Of a stretch of DNA of 35,050 nucleotides, positions 8,922-19,893 are shown one piece after another. The position numbers and the translations under genes were made by a program. Every line of letters starts with the position of its first letter. The stretch's first letter is position 1. Below the pieces are notes generated by a model, which saw only the letters and a program-made list of their open reading frames with translations, ran no database searches and was not told the DNA's origin. The DNA is from Candidatus Limnocylindrales bacterium (lineage in GTDB: Bacteria; Chloroflexota; Limnocylindria; Limnocylindrales; CSP1-4): assembly GCA_036508975.1 (NCBI GenBank), contig DATCGK010000130.1, positions 1-35,050 of the forward strand. The letters run 5' to 3'.

Positions 8922-9983
8922 TCAGGGGTTCCCTGCAAGTGCGATGCGGAGCCGTCCCGCAGCTTCCGGTGACAGCGCGCCCCGCTCGATGGCGATCCGG
9001 ACCGACCGCTGCACGAGGGCGCGATACACGGGAATGGTGTCCGGGGCACCGGCGGCCAGCGCGACGAGGTGCGCGGAGACCGTGCCGGCGTCACCACGGG
9101 TCGCCGGACCGGTGAGCGCGGCCGCGATCCCCAGGCTTCGGGCGTTGGCCACGGTCTGCTCGAGCAGCGGGAGGTAGATCCCGAGGGCGCCCGCCTCGTC
9201 GAGACCCACGATCGCGGCCACCTCACGGATGGCGTCCAGCAGGGCGACCACGCCCCCGGCGGCCAGGACGGCCGCGGCGTGGTATGCCGCCTTGGAGCCG
9301 GGGGCGAGCCGCACGGGCACGCCACCGATCGCCTCCGCCATGTCGGCGAGGTGAGCGGCCAGGTCGTCGTCGCCCTCGATGGCGATCGTGGCCCCGCGGA
9401 GCGCGGCCAGCGCGCGGTCCAGGTCTGCGAACGCCACCAGCGGGTGGAACGCCCCGGCCTGCGTGCCGGCGGCCATCGCCGGCAGCAGCACGTCGGCGCC
9501 CAGCAGGCCGCTGGTGTGGACCAGCGCCTGGCCTGCGTACAGCCGCAGGGACGCCGCCAGGGTGGGGACGACGTCATCGGGGACGGCGAGGATGATCAGC
9601 TCCACGTCGTCGACGACCGCCTCGGCCTCGGCGAAGGCCCGAACCGACGGGACGTACCCCTGGAACCGCTCGCGACGCGTGGCGTCGCGCGACGCCACCG
9701 CACCCACCGGCCAGCCGGCACGATGGAGCGCGACGCCCAGGGCCAGACCCACGGCGCCCGCGCCCACGATCCCGACGACCGGGCGCGCGCCCGGCTCCGC
9801 GTGGACGTGCGGGTGAAGATGGTCGCTCGCGTGCTCCAGGTCACCATGCCGGTGGCGTCCGGGCGTTGCCGGATCGAGCACGATCCCCTCCTCCTCGATC
9901 GCCGACAGCTTCTGCTCGTCCGCCTCGGCACGCCGTTCGGCGGCCTGGCGGAGCGCGGCCTCGGTCGCGTCCCAGGCCTTCAT
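8922..9983 (-). CDS. Rossmann-fold / DUF2520-type putative oxidoreductase with a His-rich N-terminal extension
   Basis: 353 aa. GIVGAGAVGLALG is a dinucleotide-binding loop. The C-terminal LTGPATRGD motif is characteristic of DUF2520 proteins. The first ~65 aa keep high third-position GC, so they appear to be translated. Confidence 0.75.
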   Translation of the reverse strand: MKAWDATEAALRQAAERRAEADEQKLSAIEEEGIVLDPATPGRHRHGDLEHASDHLHPHVHAEPGARPVVGIVGAGAVGLALGVALHRAGWPVGAVASRDATRRERFQGYVPSVRAFAEAEAVVDDVELIILAVPDDVVPTLAASLRLYAGQALVHTSGLLGADVLLPAMAAGTQAGAFHPLVAFADLDRALAALRGATIAIEGDDDLAAHLADMAEAIGGVPVRLAPGSKAAYHAAAVLAAGGVVALLDAIREVAAIVGLDEAGALGIYLPLLEQTVANARSLGIAAALTGPATRGDAGTVSAHLVALAAGAPDTIPVYRALVQRSVRIAIERGALSPEAAGRLRIALAGNP

Positions 9984-10097
9984 CGGTCGCCACCAGACGG
10001 GCGGCGGATCGCGCTATACACTTCCACCTGACGGAGTGTAGCGAGCGGTCCGAGGGCGCACCCTCATCGCCCGATCCCCACAGCGGAGATCAAGCGC

Positions 10098-12773
<2,676 letters not shown>

Positions 12774-12870
12774 CGGCCGGGACCGGAGACCTGCGCGGTC
12801 CGCAGGAAGCCGCGGGCCCGGGACCTGGGTCCCCCGGGTCAGCTCGGCCGGCACGAGATGCCGGTCAGCA

Positions 12871-12900
12871 CGAAGCCCCCTGAGGGATCAGGGGGCTTCG
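12871..12900. terminator. Strong stem-loop between the convergent acnA and tRNA-Val genes (possible bidirectional terminator)
   Basis: cgaagccccctga GGGA tcagggggcttcg forms a 13-bp perfect stem with a 4-nt loop. There is no clear U-tract on either strand. Confidence 0.45.
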
Positions 12901-13066
12901 CAGTGTGTGGGACCCTCCCGGCGCGGGGAGGAGAGCCGCGCCACGAGATGTCCTTCAGGGCGTTCGACGCGCACCACCGGCCCCGTGTGACGGGCTCCGG
13001 GCGGTCGGACGGAGGCTCCCGGAATCGGGAGAGCGGAGCCATCCGGCTCCGCCCTTGGTATCAGGT

Positions 13067-13143
<77 letters not shown>

Positions 13144-13160
13144 CGGCCCCGAGGGGACTC

Positions 13161-13172
13161 GCATTCTAGCGC
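13161..13172 (-). promoter_or_regulatory. Putative -10 region (GCGC TAGAAT GC) for tRNA-Val
   Basis: TAGAAT (13163-13168, minus) ends 19 nt upstream of the mature tRNA 5' end. The same 12-mer occurs at the mraZ promoter. I found no convincing -35. Confidence 0.35.
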
Positions 13173-13193
13173 GACCGGTGAGTGCCGTGCGGA

Positions 13194-13508
13194 TCAGCAA
13201 CGGAGGCCCGGCCAGAGCTCCAGCAGCCGCTCCGCGCCGACGCCGTCCACGGCGATCACCTTGGTCCTGGCGGTGGCGCCGGACACCAGCCGCACGTCTC
13301 GTCGGGGTACGTCCAGCACGTCGGCGAGCAGCCGGAGCAGCGCCTGGTTCGCCGCGCCATCCACGGCCGGCGCCGCGACGCGGGCCCGCAGCACGCCGTC
13401 CACCACGCCGTCCACCCGGTCGTCCCCGCCGCGCGGCGTCAAGCGGACGCTGAAGCGGACCGGGGCGTCGCCCTCGCCGCTCACTCGCCGCTCCACTCGG
13501 CCTTTCAC
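13194..13508 (-). CDS. yggU: DUF167 / YggU-family protein
   Basis: 104 aa. VRLTPRGGDDRVDGV...LRARVAAPAVDGAANQALLRLLADVL...V.LVSGATARTKVI matches the YggU pattern, and it lies directly after yggS. The start is ambiguous: three GTGs (13508, 13496, 13484) sit inside a short repeat of ctcgccgctc. Confidence 0.75.
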   Translation of the reverse strand: MKGRVERRVSGEGDAPVRFSVRLTPRGGDDRVDGVVDGVLRARVAAPAVDGAANQALLRLLADVLDVPRRDVRLVSGATARTKVIAVDGVGAERLLELWPGLRC

Positions 13509-13521
13509 TCGCCGCTCAGGG

Positions 13522-14262
13522 TCAGCCCGGCCGGCTTGCCGGCCGCGCGACCCGGTCCCCGAACAGCGCCCGGCCGACCCGGACGATGGTGGCCCCCTCC
13601 TCCACGGCGACCTCGTAGTCGCCGGTCATCCCCATCGAGAGATCCGGGCCGAGCCCGGGGTGGGTGGCGCGCAGGCGCTCGGACAACTCCCGGAGCGACC
13701 GGAACGTGAGCCGCGCCTCCGCGGGGTCCGGGACGAGACGCCCGATGGTCATCAGGCCGTCCACGCGCAGGTGCGGCAGTGCCAGGATGGCCGGCAACGT
13801 GGCCTCGATGGCGTCGGGCGCGAACCCGGCCTTGGCCGGATCCATGGCCACGTTCACCTCGAGCAGGACGGGCAGCCGGTGGCCGGGCCGGACCTCCGCC
13901 ATGATGCGGTCCAGCCGGCCCGCGAGATCAACGTCGTGGACCGCCTCGATCACGTCGAACAGCTCGACCGCCCGGCGCGCCTTGTTCGACTGCAGGGGCC
14001 CGACCAGGTGCCACGAGGCGCCGGGAACCTCGGGGATCTTGCCGGCCGCCTCCTGTACGCGGTTCTCGCCCAGCACGATCAGCCCAGCGGCCACGGCCGC
14101 CCGCACGCGATCCGCGGGCACGGTCTTGCAGACCGCAACCAGGGTCAGCGCGGCGGGCTCCCGCCCCGACCGGACAGCGGCAACGGCGATGCGGTCGAGG
14201 ACCTCTTCGCGGGCACGGGCGAACGCCTCGACCTCACGCGGGTCGAGCGGCGCGGCGGTCAT
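13522..14262 (-). CDS. yggS: YggS-family pyridoxal-phosphate homeostasis protein
   Basis: Internal ATG at 14262 of track ORF 13522..14601, giving 246 aa. Motifs include LVAVCKTVP (PLP lysine), LGENRVQE, WHLVGPLQSNKA, GLMTIG and SMGMTGDYEVAVEEGATIVRVGRALFG. Confidence 0.9.
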   Translation of the reverse strand: MTAAPLDPREVEAFARAREEVLDRIAVAAVRSGREPAALTLVAVCKTVPADRVRAAVAAGLIVLGENRVQEAAGKIPEVPGASWHLVGPLQSNKARRAVELFDVIEAVHDVDLAGRLDRIMAEVRPGHRLPVLLEVNVAMDPAKAGFAPDAIEATLPAILALPHLRVDGLMTIGRLVPDPAEARLTFRSLRELSERLRATHPGLGPDLSMGMTGDYEVAVEEGATIVRVGRALFGDRVARPASRPG

Positions 14263-14314
14263 GCGCGGGCGGGCCGGGCGGAGGACGGCGCCGTGAGGTG
14301 CCAGCCGCGCGGCG

Positions 14315-15541
14315 CTACTTGCGGCGGAGGAAGCTCGGGATCTCCAGGTCGTCCGCGTCGTAGGCGGGGGCTCGACGCGCGGCCGGCTCCCCCACCGAGC
14401 GAACCGGGACGGCAACGGCCTCGTCACGGGCGCGGGCGCTGCTGTCGGTCTCGGTGCGCTGGCGCTCCAGCTCCTCGAGGAAGTCGCGGGCCGGGATCGT
14501 GGCCCCACCGGCCGGGTTGGTCGCCGAGCGGGAGCCGGCGGCGCTGGAGACGCGCTCGCCCGCGGCGGCACGGACGCTGTCCGACCGGCGGCGGCCGTCA
14601 AACCCCGTGGCGATGACGGTGATCATCACCTCTTCGCCCAGGCGCTCGTTGAAGCTCGTCCCGAAGATGATGTTCGCCTCGGGATCGGCGGCGGCGCGGA
14701 TCTCCTCGGCAGCCTCGGTGACCTCCCACAGGGTGAGGTTCGAGGAGCCGGTGATGTTGAACAGGATGCCCTGCGCGCCGGAGATGTTGATCTCGAGTAG
14801 CGGGCTGGCCACGGCCATGCGGGCCGCATCGAGCGCCCGGTTGTCGCCGGTGGCGCGGCCGATGCCCATGAGCGCGGAGCCCGCGTCCTTCATGATCGTC
14901 CGCACGTCCGCGAAGTCCAGGTTGATGAGCCCGGGCACCGTGATGATGTCGCTGATGCCCGCGACACCCTGGCGGAGCACGTCATCCACGACCCGGAACG
15001 CGTCCACGATCGAGGTGTTCTTCTGGACCACGTCCCGGAGCCGGTCGTTGGGGATCGTGATGAGGGTGTCGACCTTGGCCTTGAGCTCCTCGGCCGCCTT
15101 CTCCGCGATGAGCTTGCGCCGGCTGCCCTCGAAGCTGAACGGCTTGGTCACGACGCCGATCGTGAGCGCGCCCTGCTCCTTCGCGATCTCGGCCACCACC
15201 GGCGCGGCGCCCGAGCCGGTGCCGCCGCCGAGGCCTGCCGTGATGAACACCATGTCGGAGTCCGCGATCGCGTCCGCGATCTTGTCCCGGTCCTCCTCGG
15301 CCGCACGCGTGCCGATCGAGGCGTCACCGCCGGCCCCGAGGCCCTTGGTGATCTTGTCGCCGATGCGGATCTTGTGCGGAGCGTCCGACTGCAGGAGCGC
15401 CTGGGCGTCCGTGTTGCAGGCGATGAACTCCACGCCCATCATCTCGGCCCGGATCATCCGGTTGACCGCGTTGCTGCCCCCGCCGCCGACCCCGATGACT
15501 CGGATGAGGGCGAAGTTCTCGGAATCGGAACGCAGCGGCAT
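14315..15541 (-). CDS. ftsZ: Cell division GTPase FtsZ
   Basis: The ATG at 15541 ([29 protein letters not shown]) is preceded by GAGGAG, giving 408 aa. Motifs include [11 protein letters not shown] and the C-terminal [12 protein letters not shown] peptide. The 495-aa track ORF is an upstream read-through artefact. Confidence 0.95.
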   Translation of the reverse strand: MPLRSDSENFALIRVIGVGGGGSNAVNRMIRAEMMGVEFIACNTDAQALLQSDAPHKIRIGDKITKGLGAGGDASIGTRAAEEDRDKIADAIADSDMVFITAGLGGGTGSGAAPVVAEIAKEQGALTIGVVTKPFSFEGSRRKLIAEKAAEELKAKVDTLITIPNDRLRDVVQKNTSIVDAFRVVDDVLRQGVAGISDIITVPGLINLDFADVRTIMKDAGSALMGIGRATGDNRALDAARMAVASPLLEINISGAQGILFNITGSSNLTLWEVTEAAEEIRAAADPEANIIFGTSFNERLGEEVMITVIATGFDGRRRSDSVRAAAGERVSSAAGSRSATNPAGGATIPARDFLEELERQRTETDSSARARDEAVAVPVRSVGEPAARRAPAYDADDLEIPSFLRRK

Positions 15542-15699
15542 CAGCGCTCTCCTCGATCGGTGGCGACGATATTGGGGCGTCAGGCTTGGTGACCGTTCGT
15601 CCCTCGGGGCCGGCCCCGGGCTGGGGTGGTCCACCGCGGGTCCGTCGGGCGGAAGGGGAGTATACCCGCGTGGCCAAGCAACGGTCCCACGCATTTCCG

Positions 15700-15768
15700 G
15701 CGACGTGCCGCTCGCCTGTCCCGCGACGTGCCGCTCGCCTGTCCCGCGACGTGCCCCTCGCCTATCCC
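15700..15768. repeat. Three tandem 23-bp direct repeats (gcgacgtgccgctcgcctgtccc), non-coding periodicity
   Basis: Copies lie at 15700-15722, 15723-15745 (identical) and 15746-15768 (2 mismatches). The third copy contains the yjbQ stop codon. Confidence 0.9.
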
Positions 15769-16175
15769 GGCAGGAAGCTGAGCCGGACGCGACGGGTGGC
15801 ATTGTCCTCGTTGGGATCCAGCAGCGTGATGGACTGCCACGTCCCCAGCGCCAGGTGGCCGGCGATGACCGGCACCGTCAGCGATGGCGAGGCCATGAGC
15901 GGGAGGACATGGTCTGCGCCGTGGCCGGGCGCGCCGTGCCGGTGGGACCAGCGGTCGTCGCGCGGCAGCAGGCGGTCCAGCGCGAGCAGGGCGTCCTTCT
16001 CGGAGCCGGCGCCCAGCTCCAGCACCACGATCCCCGCCGTGGCATGCGGGACGAAGACCGAGAGCAGGCCGTCGCCACCACCCGAGGCGTCCGCCGCGAA
16101 CCGGGCACAGGCCGGGGTGAGATCGGTGAAGCCGCGATCCCGTCCGGTCCGTACCTCGATCTCGAGCGAGCGCAC
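15762..16175 (-). CDS. yjbQ: YjbQ/UPF0047-family protein (secondary thiamine-phosphate synthase family)
   Basis: Track ORF 15762..16241. The GTG at 16175 ([20 protein letters not shown]) lies 13 nt after the ftsA stop, giving 137 aa. Motifs include [20 protein letters not shown] and [14 protein letters not shown]. Third-position GC is high. Confidence 0.8.
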   Translation of the reverse strand: MRSLEIEVRTGRDRGFTDLTPACARFAADASGGGDGLLSVFVPHATAGIVVLELGAGSEKDALLALDRLLPRDDRWSHRHGAPGHGADHVLPLMASPSLTVPVIAGHLALGTWQSITLLDPNEDNATRRVRLSFLPG

Positions 16176-16188
16176 GGTGTGCGCCGCC

Positions 16189-17418
16189 CTACGGGAAGAT
16201 GTTGCGGATGGCGTCCCGGATCCGGCCCAGGCCCCCGCCACCTGGCGCGGACTCGTAGCGCAGCGGCTCGCCGAGGGCGATCTGCGCGGCGCCCCAGCGG
16301 AGCAGCCCGACGGCCGTGGCGTAGGGCGGCAGCTGGATCGTGTCCACGAGACCGCCGATCCCGGTCGGTCCGCTGATGCGTACCGGCATCTGGAGGACCT
16401 CGCGGCCGAGCTCCGCCGTCCCGGCGAGCTGGGAGGCGCCGCCGGTGAGGATGATCCCCGCCGGGAGCATTCCGTGGCCGCTGCGGGCCATCTCGGCGCG
16501 GAGCATCTCGAAGGTCTCCCGCATGCGGGCCTCGATGATCCGGCACAGCTCCTCGCGGCTCACGGTGCGGCCGTCCTCCTCGCCCAGCACCGAGACGGCG
16601 ATCTGCTCGTCCTCGAGGTTGCGCAGGTCACACGTCCCGTGGCTGACCTTGAGCTCCTCCGCGACCTGGAGCGTCGTCTTGATGCCGATCGCCACGTCGT
16701 TGGTCACGTTGTTGCCGCCCACCGGCAGCACCGCGGTGTGGAACGGTGAACCCTCGGCGAACAGCGTCAGGTCGATGGTGCCGGCCCCGATGTCGGCAAC
16801 GGCGACCCCCAGCTCCTTCTCGGTCGCGGTCACGACCGCCTCGGCCGAGGCCAGGCCGTTCACGACCAGCTCGTCGATCTTGACGCCCGCGAGCCCCACG
16901 CACTTGGTGAGGTTCTGCACCGCGGTCGCGGAGGCGGTGACGATGTGGACCTCCACCTCGAGCCGCAACGCGCTCATGCCCAGCGGGTCCTTGACACCCT
17001 CCTGGCCGTCGACGGTGAAGCCCCGCCGCTCAACGTGGAGCACGTCGCGGTTGTTCGGGATCGAGACGGCGCGGGCCACCTCGATCGCGCGGTTGATGTC
17101 CTCCCGGGTGACCTCGCGGTGGTGAGCGGTGACCGCGACCTGGCCCTTGGAGTTGAGGCTCTCGACGTGCTGGCCGCCGACGCCCACGAAGGCGCGGTCG
17201 ATCTTCCAGCCGGAGAGGCGCTCGGCCTTCTCGACGGCGTCCGCGATGGAGCGCACGGACTGGTCGATGTTGACGACCACGCCCTTCTTGAGGCCGGTGG
17301 TCGGCACGGTCCCGTGGCCCATGATCGTCAGGCGCCCGTCCCGGCTGACCTCGCCGATGAGCGCGCACACCTTCGACGTGCCGACGTCGATGCCGACGAG
17401 GACCGCTTCCCGTTCCAC
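16189..17418 (-). CDS. ftsA: Cell division protein FtsA
   Basis: 409 aa with a GTG start after GAGGGGA. Motifs include VGIDVGTSKVCALIGE, VADIGAGTIDL, GIILTGGASQLAG and a C-terminal amphipathic tail, GLGRIRDAIRNIFP. Confidence 0.95.
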   Translation of the reverse strand: MEREAVLVGIDVGTSKVCALIGEVSRDGRLTIMGHGTVPTTGLKKGVVVNIDQSVRSIADAVEKAERLSGWKIDRAFVGVGGQHVESLNSKGQVAVTAHHREVTREDINRAIEVARAVSIPNNRDVLHVERRGFTVDGQEGVKDPLGMSALRLEVEVHIVTASATAVQNLTKCVGLAGVKIDELVVNGLASAEAVVTATEKELGVAVADIGAGTIDLTLFAEGSPFHTAVLPVGGNNVTNDVAIGIKTTLQVAEELKVSHGTCDLRNLEDEQIAVSVLGEEDGRTVSREELCRIIEARMRETFEMLRAEMARSGHGMLPAGIILTGGASQLAGTAELGREVLQMPVRISGPTGIGGLVDTIQLPPYATAVGLLRWGAAQIALGEPLRYESAPGGGGLGRIRDAIRNIFP

Positions 17419-17439
17419 GTGCCTGTCGTCCCCTCGTTG

Positions 17440-17763
17440 CTAGATGAAATGGCGCCGGATCAGCGCGACGTTGTTGAAGATACGGAAGCCGAAGTTGATG
17501 AGGGCGACGAGGTAGAGGTCCAGGCTCAGCCGGTCGCCGATGAAGGTCAGCAGGACCGCCACCACGGCGTTGGTGACGAAACCGCTGATGAAGATGCGAT
17601 TGTCGTAGACACCGTCGAGCTCCGCACGCACGGCCCCGAGGACGGAGTCGAGCGCCGCGAGGATCGCGACGGCCGAGTAGCGGGAGAACTCGAAGCTGAC
17701 GTTGACGTTGAGAACGAGACCCGCCAGGACACCGACGAGTAGACCCACGAGGGGCAGGAGCAC
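17440..17763 (-). CDS. sbp: Small basic membrane protein, DUF1290/Sbp-like (as in the B. subtilis divIB-ylxW-sbp-ftsA arrangement)
   Basis: 107 aa with a GTG start, three hydrophobic segments and the tail NNVALIRRHFI. Its position between ftsQ and ftsA fits. The family call is from memory of this synteny and the sequence style. Confidence 0.65.
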   Translation of the reverse strand: MLLPLVGLLVGVLAGLVLNVNVSFEFSRYSAVAILAALDSVLGAVRAELDGVYDNRIFISGFVTNAVVAVLLTFIGDRLSLDLYLVALINFGFRIFNNVALIRRHFI

Positions 17764-17848
17764 GGGCGGGCAGCCTCCGTCCGGATGAACGTTCCCACTA
17801 CGCTACCAGACGCCCGGCTCCGCGTCGGCCCGGGATGGGTATCGGCCG

Positions 17849-18754
17849 TCACGGTTTGGGGGTCGCCGAGGCCTTCGGCGTTGCACGGGGGACATAGGTT
17901 CCGCTCCTGTCATCGGCCAGAATCACCTTGAGCACGTTCTCCTCCCGGCCCAGCAGGAGGCTCCGGAGGAGTCGGACCTGGCCCGGGATCAGCTCCGTGG
18001 TCCGGAGCGTCGGCGTGTAGAACCCGAAGACCGCGGCCCAGCCCGCCGGACGGCCACGGACGACGAAACCCTCCTCGTCGCCCACGCGGATGTCGAGGCT
18101 GGTCGCCGCGCTGCCGATGTCCGCCGGGACCAGTGAGCCGAGACGGAGAGCGGAATCGAGGGTCACCGGGTCCAGGGTGGAGCCCACGCCGAAGCCGGCG
18201 GAGGCCGCCCGGTCATCCGCGATGACCGGCAACGAGGTGCCGGCGTTCCCGGTGTCGTCCAGCTCGCCGAACAGCAGCCCCGACGCGTCCACGAGGAAGC
18301 GGCGGCTGCCCACCTGCCAGACCATGACCGGCTCCCGCTCGGTGATTGCCACCCGCACCTCGTCGGGCAGCGCGACGGTCACCGCGGCCGTGCGCACCGA
18401 CGGGATCCCGAGCACCCTCGCCTCCAGCGCGGCCGCCCTCAGGGCGAACGCGTTCTGGTCCGCGGGGATGGCGAGCGCCGCGAGGATCTCCTGCTCGGGC
18501 GTCCAGGTGGCCCCTTCGATGCTCGTCCGCTGGACCGTGAACGCTCCGGTGGTCGCCACGCCGTAGAGGCCGGCGATCGCGGCGAGCAGCGCGAGGAGGG
18601 CACCCGCCCGGACCGGGGTCAGCCCCGCCGAGGCGCGGCGCACCCGGGTCGTCCTCCGGTGGCCGGCTCCCGGCCGGCTTCCCACCCGGAGCGCGACGGG
18701 CCGGACCGGCCGCGTTGCGGGAACAGGGCGGCGTCCGGACGGGCGTCGGATCAT
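17849..18754 (-). CDS. ftsQ: Cell division protein FtsQ/DivIB (POTRA domain)
   Basis: 301 aa. It has a basic cytoplasmic N-terminus, one TM helix (AGALLALLAAIAGLYGV), then a POTRA-like segment (VQRTSIEGATWTPEQEILAAL). The ATG overlaps the ddl stop (ATGA). Confidence 0.8.
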   Translation of the reverse strand: MIRRPSGRRPVPATRPVRPVALRVGSRPGAGHRRTTRVRRASAGLTPVRAGALLALLAAIAGLYGVATTGAFTVQRTSIEGATWTPEQEILAALAIPADQNAFALRAAALEARVLGIPSVRTAAVTVALPDEVRVAITEREPVMVWQVGSRRFLVDASGLLFGELDDTGNAGTSLPVIADDRAASAGFGVGSTLDPVTLDSALRLGSLVPADIGSAATSLDIRVGDEEGFVVRGRPAGWAAVFGFYTPTLRTTELIPGQVRLLRSLLLGREENVLKVILADDRSGTYVPRATPKASATPKP

Positions 18755-19893
18755 CGCGGCAGATCGGTCGGGCGCAGCCGGTGCCGGATGCGGACGGCGT
18801 CCCGCTCCAGGGCGAGGTCAACCACGCGGCGGCACACGGCGGCGAAGTCGTACCCTGCGGCGGCCGGCAGGGTCGGGAACAGGCTGATCGGCGTGAACCC
18901 CGGGATCGTGTTGATCTCGGACACCACCAGCTCCTCGCCGGCGATGAGGAAGTCGATCCTTGCGAAGCCCTCGCAGCCGATCGCCCGGTAGGCGTCCCGC
19001 GCCAGCTTGAGGATCGTCGCGCGCTGGACCGGGGTCACCTCGGCCGTCTGGCTCGTCTCGGACATGCCCGGCGTGTACTTCGCCGCGTAGTCGTAGAACT
19101 CGTGGCCGGAGAGGATCTCCCCAGGGCCGTACAGCTCGAGGGCATCGGGCTCGTTGCCGATGACCGCGACCTCGAGGTCGCGGGCGCCGGCGAGGTACCG
19201 CTCCACCAGCGCCAGGTCGTCGAAGCGGAACGCCTCCGCCAGCGCCTCCGCCCGCTCCCCTGCCGTGTGGGCGAGGGTCATCCCGAGCGAGCTGCCGAGG
19301 CGCGCCGGCTTGACCATCAGCCGCGGGTCGCCGGTCCCTGCTGCGAACGCGTCGAGCTCCGCGAGCACTTCCTCGGGCGCCTTCGCCCAGCGTGAGGCCC
19401 GGACCTCGACCCAGTCCACGACCGGCAGGCCGAGGCCGCGCACCAGGCGCTTGAAGATCGCCTTGTCCATGCCGATCGCGCTGGCCGTGACGCCTGACCC
19501 GGTGTACGCGAGGCCCTCGGCCTCGCACAGGGCCTGGACCGTGCCGTCCTCCCCGAACGGCCCGTGAAGCGCGAGGAACACGACGGGCCGAAATGCCGCC
19601 GCCCCCAGCTCCGCGAGGGCGTCCCCGGCATCGCGCGGCCCCGCCGCCCCGAGCGCCGCGGGCTCGTCGTAGAACGTCTGCGGCCGCCCCCGGCGGCGGT
19701 GATCGACGGGCAGCCGCCACCAGGCGCCGTCGAGGTCGATCAGCCACTGCGCCACCGGATAGCCGGAGGCGGCCAGGGCGTCGGCGATCGCCGTGCCCGA
19801 CACGATCGACACGTCGTGCTCCGCGGACGGCCCGCCGTAGACGACGGCGACCGGGGTCCCGGCGGGAACGTGGCCGAGCGGCGGGACGGGCAT
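18751..19893 (-). CDS. ddl: D-alanine--D-alanine ligase
   Basis: VVYGGPSAEHDVSIVSG..., LHGPFGEDGTVQ, KPARLGSSLGM and EINTIPGFT. I prefer the ATG at 19893, which overlaps the murB stop (TGATG), giving 380 aa. The track start at 19917 is also possible. Confidence 0.9.
   Translation of the reverse strand: MPVPPLGHVPAGTPVAVVYGGPSAEHDVSIVSGTAIADALAASGYPVAQWLIDLDGAWWRLPVDHRRRGRPQTFYDEPAALGAAGPRDAGDALAELGAAAFRPVVFLALHGPFGEDGTVQALCEAEGLAYTGSGVTASAIGMDKAIFKRLVRGLGLPVVDWVEVRASRWAKAPEEVLAELDAFAAGTGDPRLMVKPARLGSSLGMTLAHTAGERAEALAEAFRFDDLALVERYLAGARDLEVAVIGNEPDALELYGPGEILSGHEFYDYAAKYTPGMSETSQTAEVTPVQRATILKLARDAYRAIGCEGFARIDFLIAGEELVVSEINTIPGFTPISLFPTLPAAAGYDFAAVCRRVVDLALERDAVRIRHRLRPTDLPR

Noticed and set aside
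12774-13066. The ~290-bp gene-free stretch downstream of tRNA-Val, considered as a possible integration scar (att site). Track ORFs 12839..13042, 12858..13124 and 12905..13096 lie here.
   Set aside because: I found no direct repeat of the tRNA 3' half anywhere in the window. There is no integrase. The ORFs overlap the tRNA or have junk composition. Only GC-rich hairpins are present.
15700-15768. Considered whether the 23-bp tandem repeats are a mini CRISPR array.
   Set aside because: The copies are directly abutting with no spacers, there are only three of them, and no cas genes are nearby.
14315-15802. N-terminally extended versions of real genes in the ORF track: ftsZ 495 aa, murD 734 aa, mraY 701 aa, murF 720 aa, murB 584 aa, rsmH 414 aa, yggS 359 aa and the 486-aa ORF containing NUDIX.
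   Set aside because: The extensions run through the upstream gene in another frame and have junk composition. In each case a start codon with an RBS or a stop/start overlap sits exactly where the conserved N-terminus begins.
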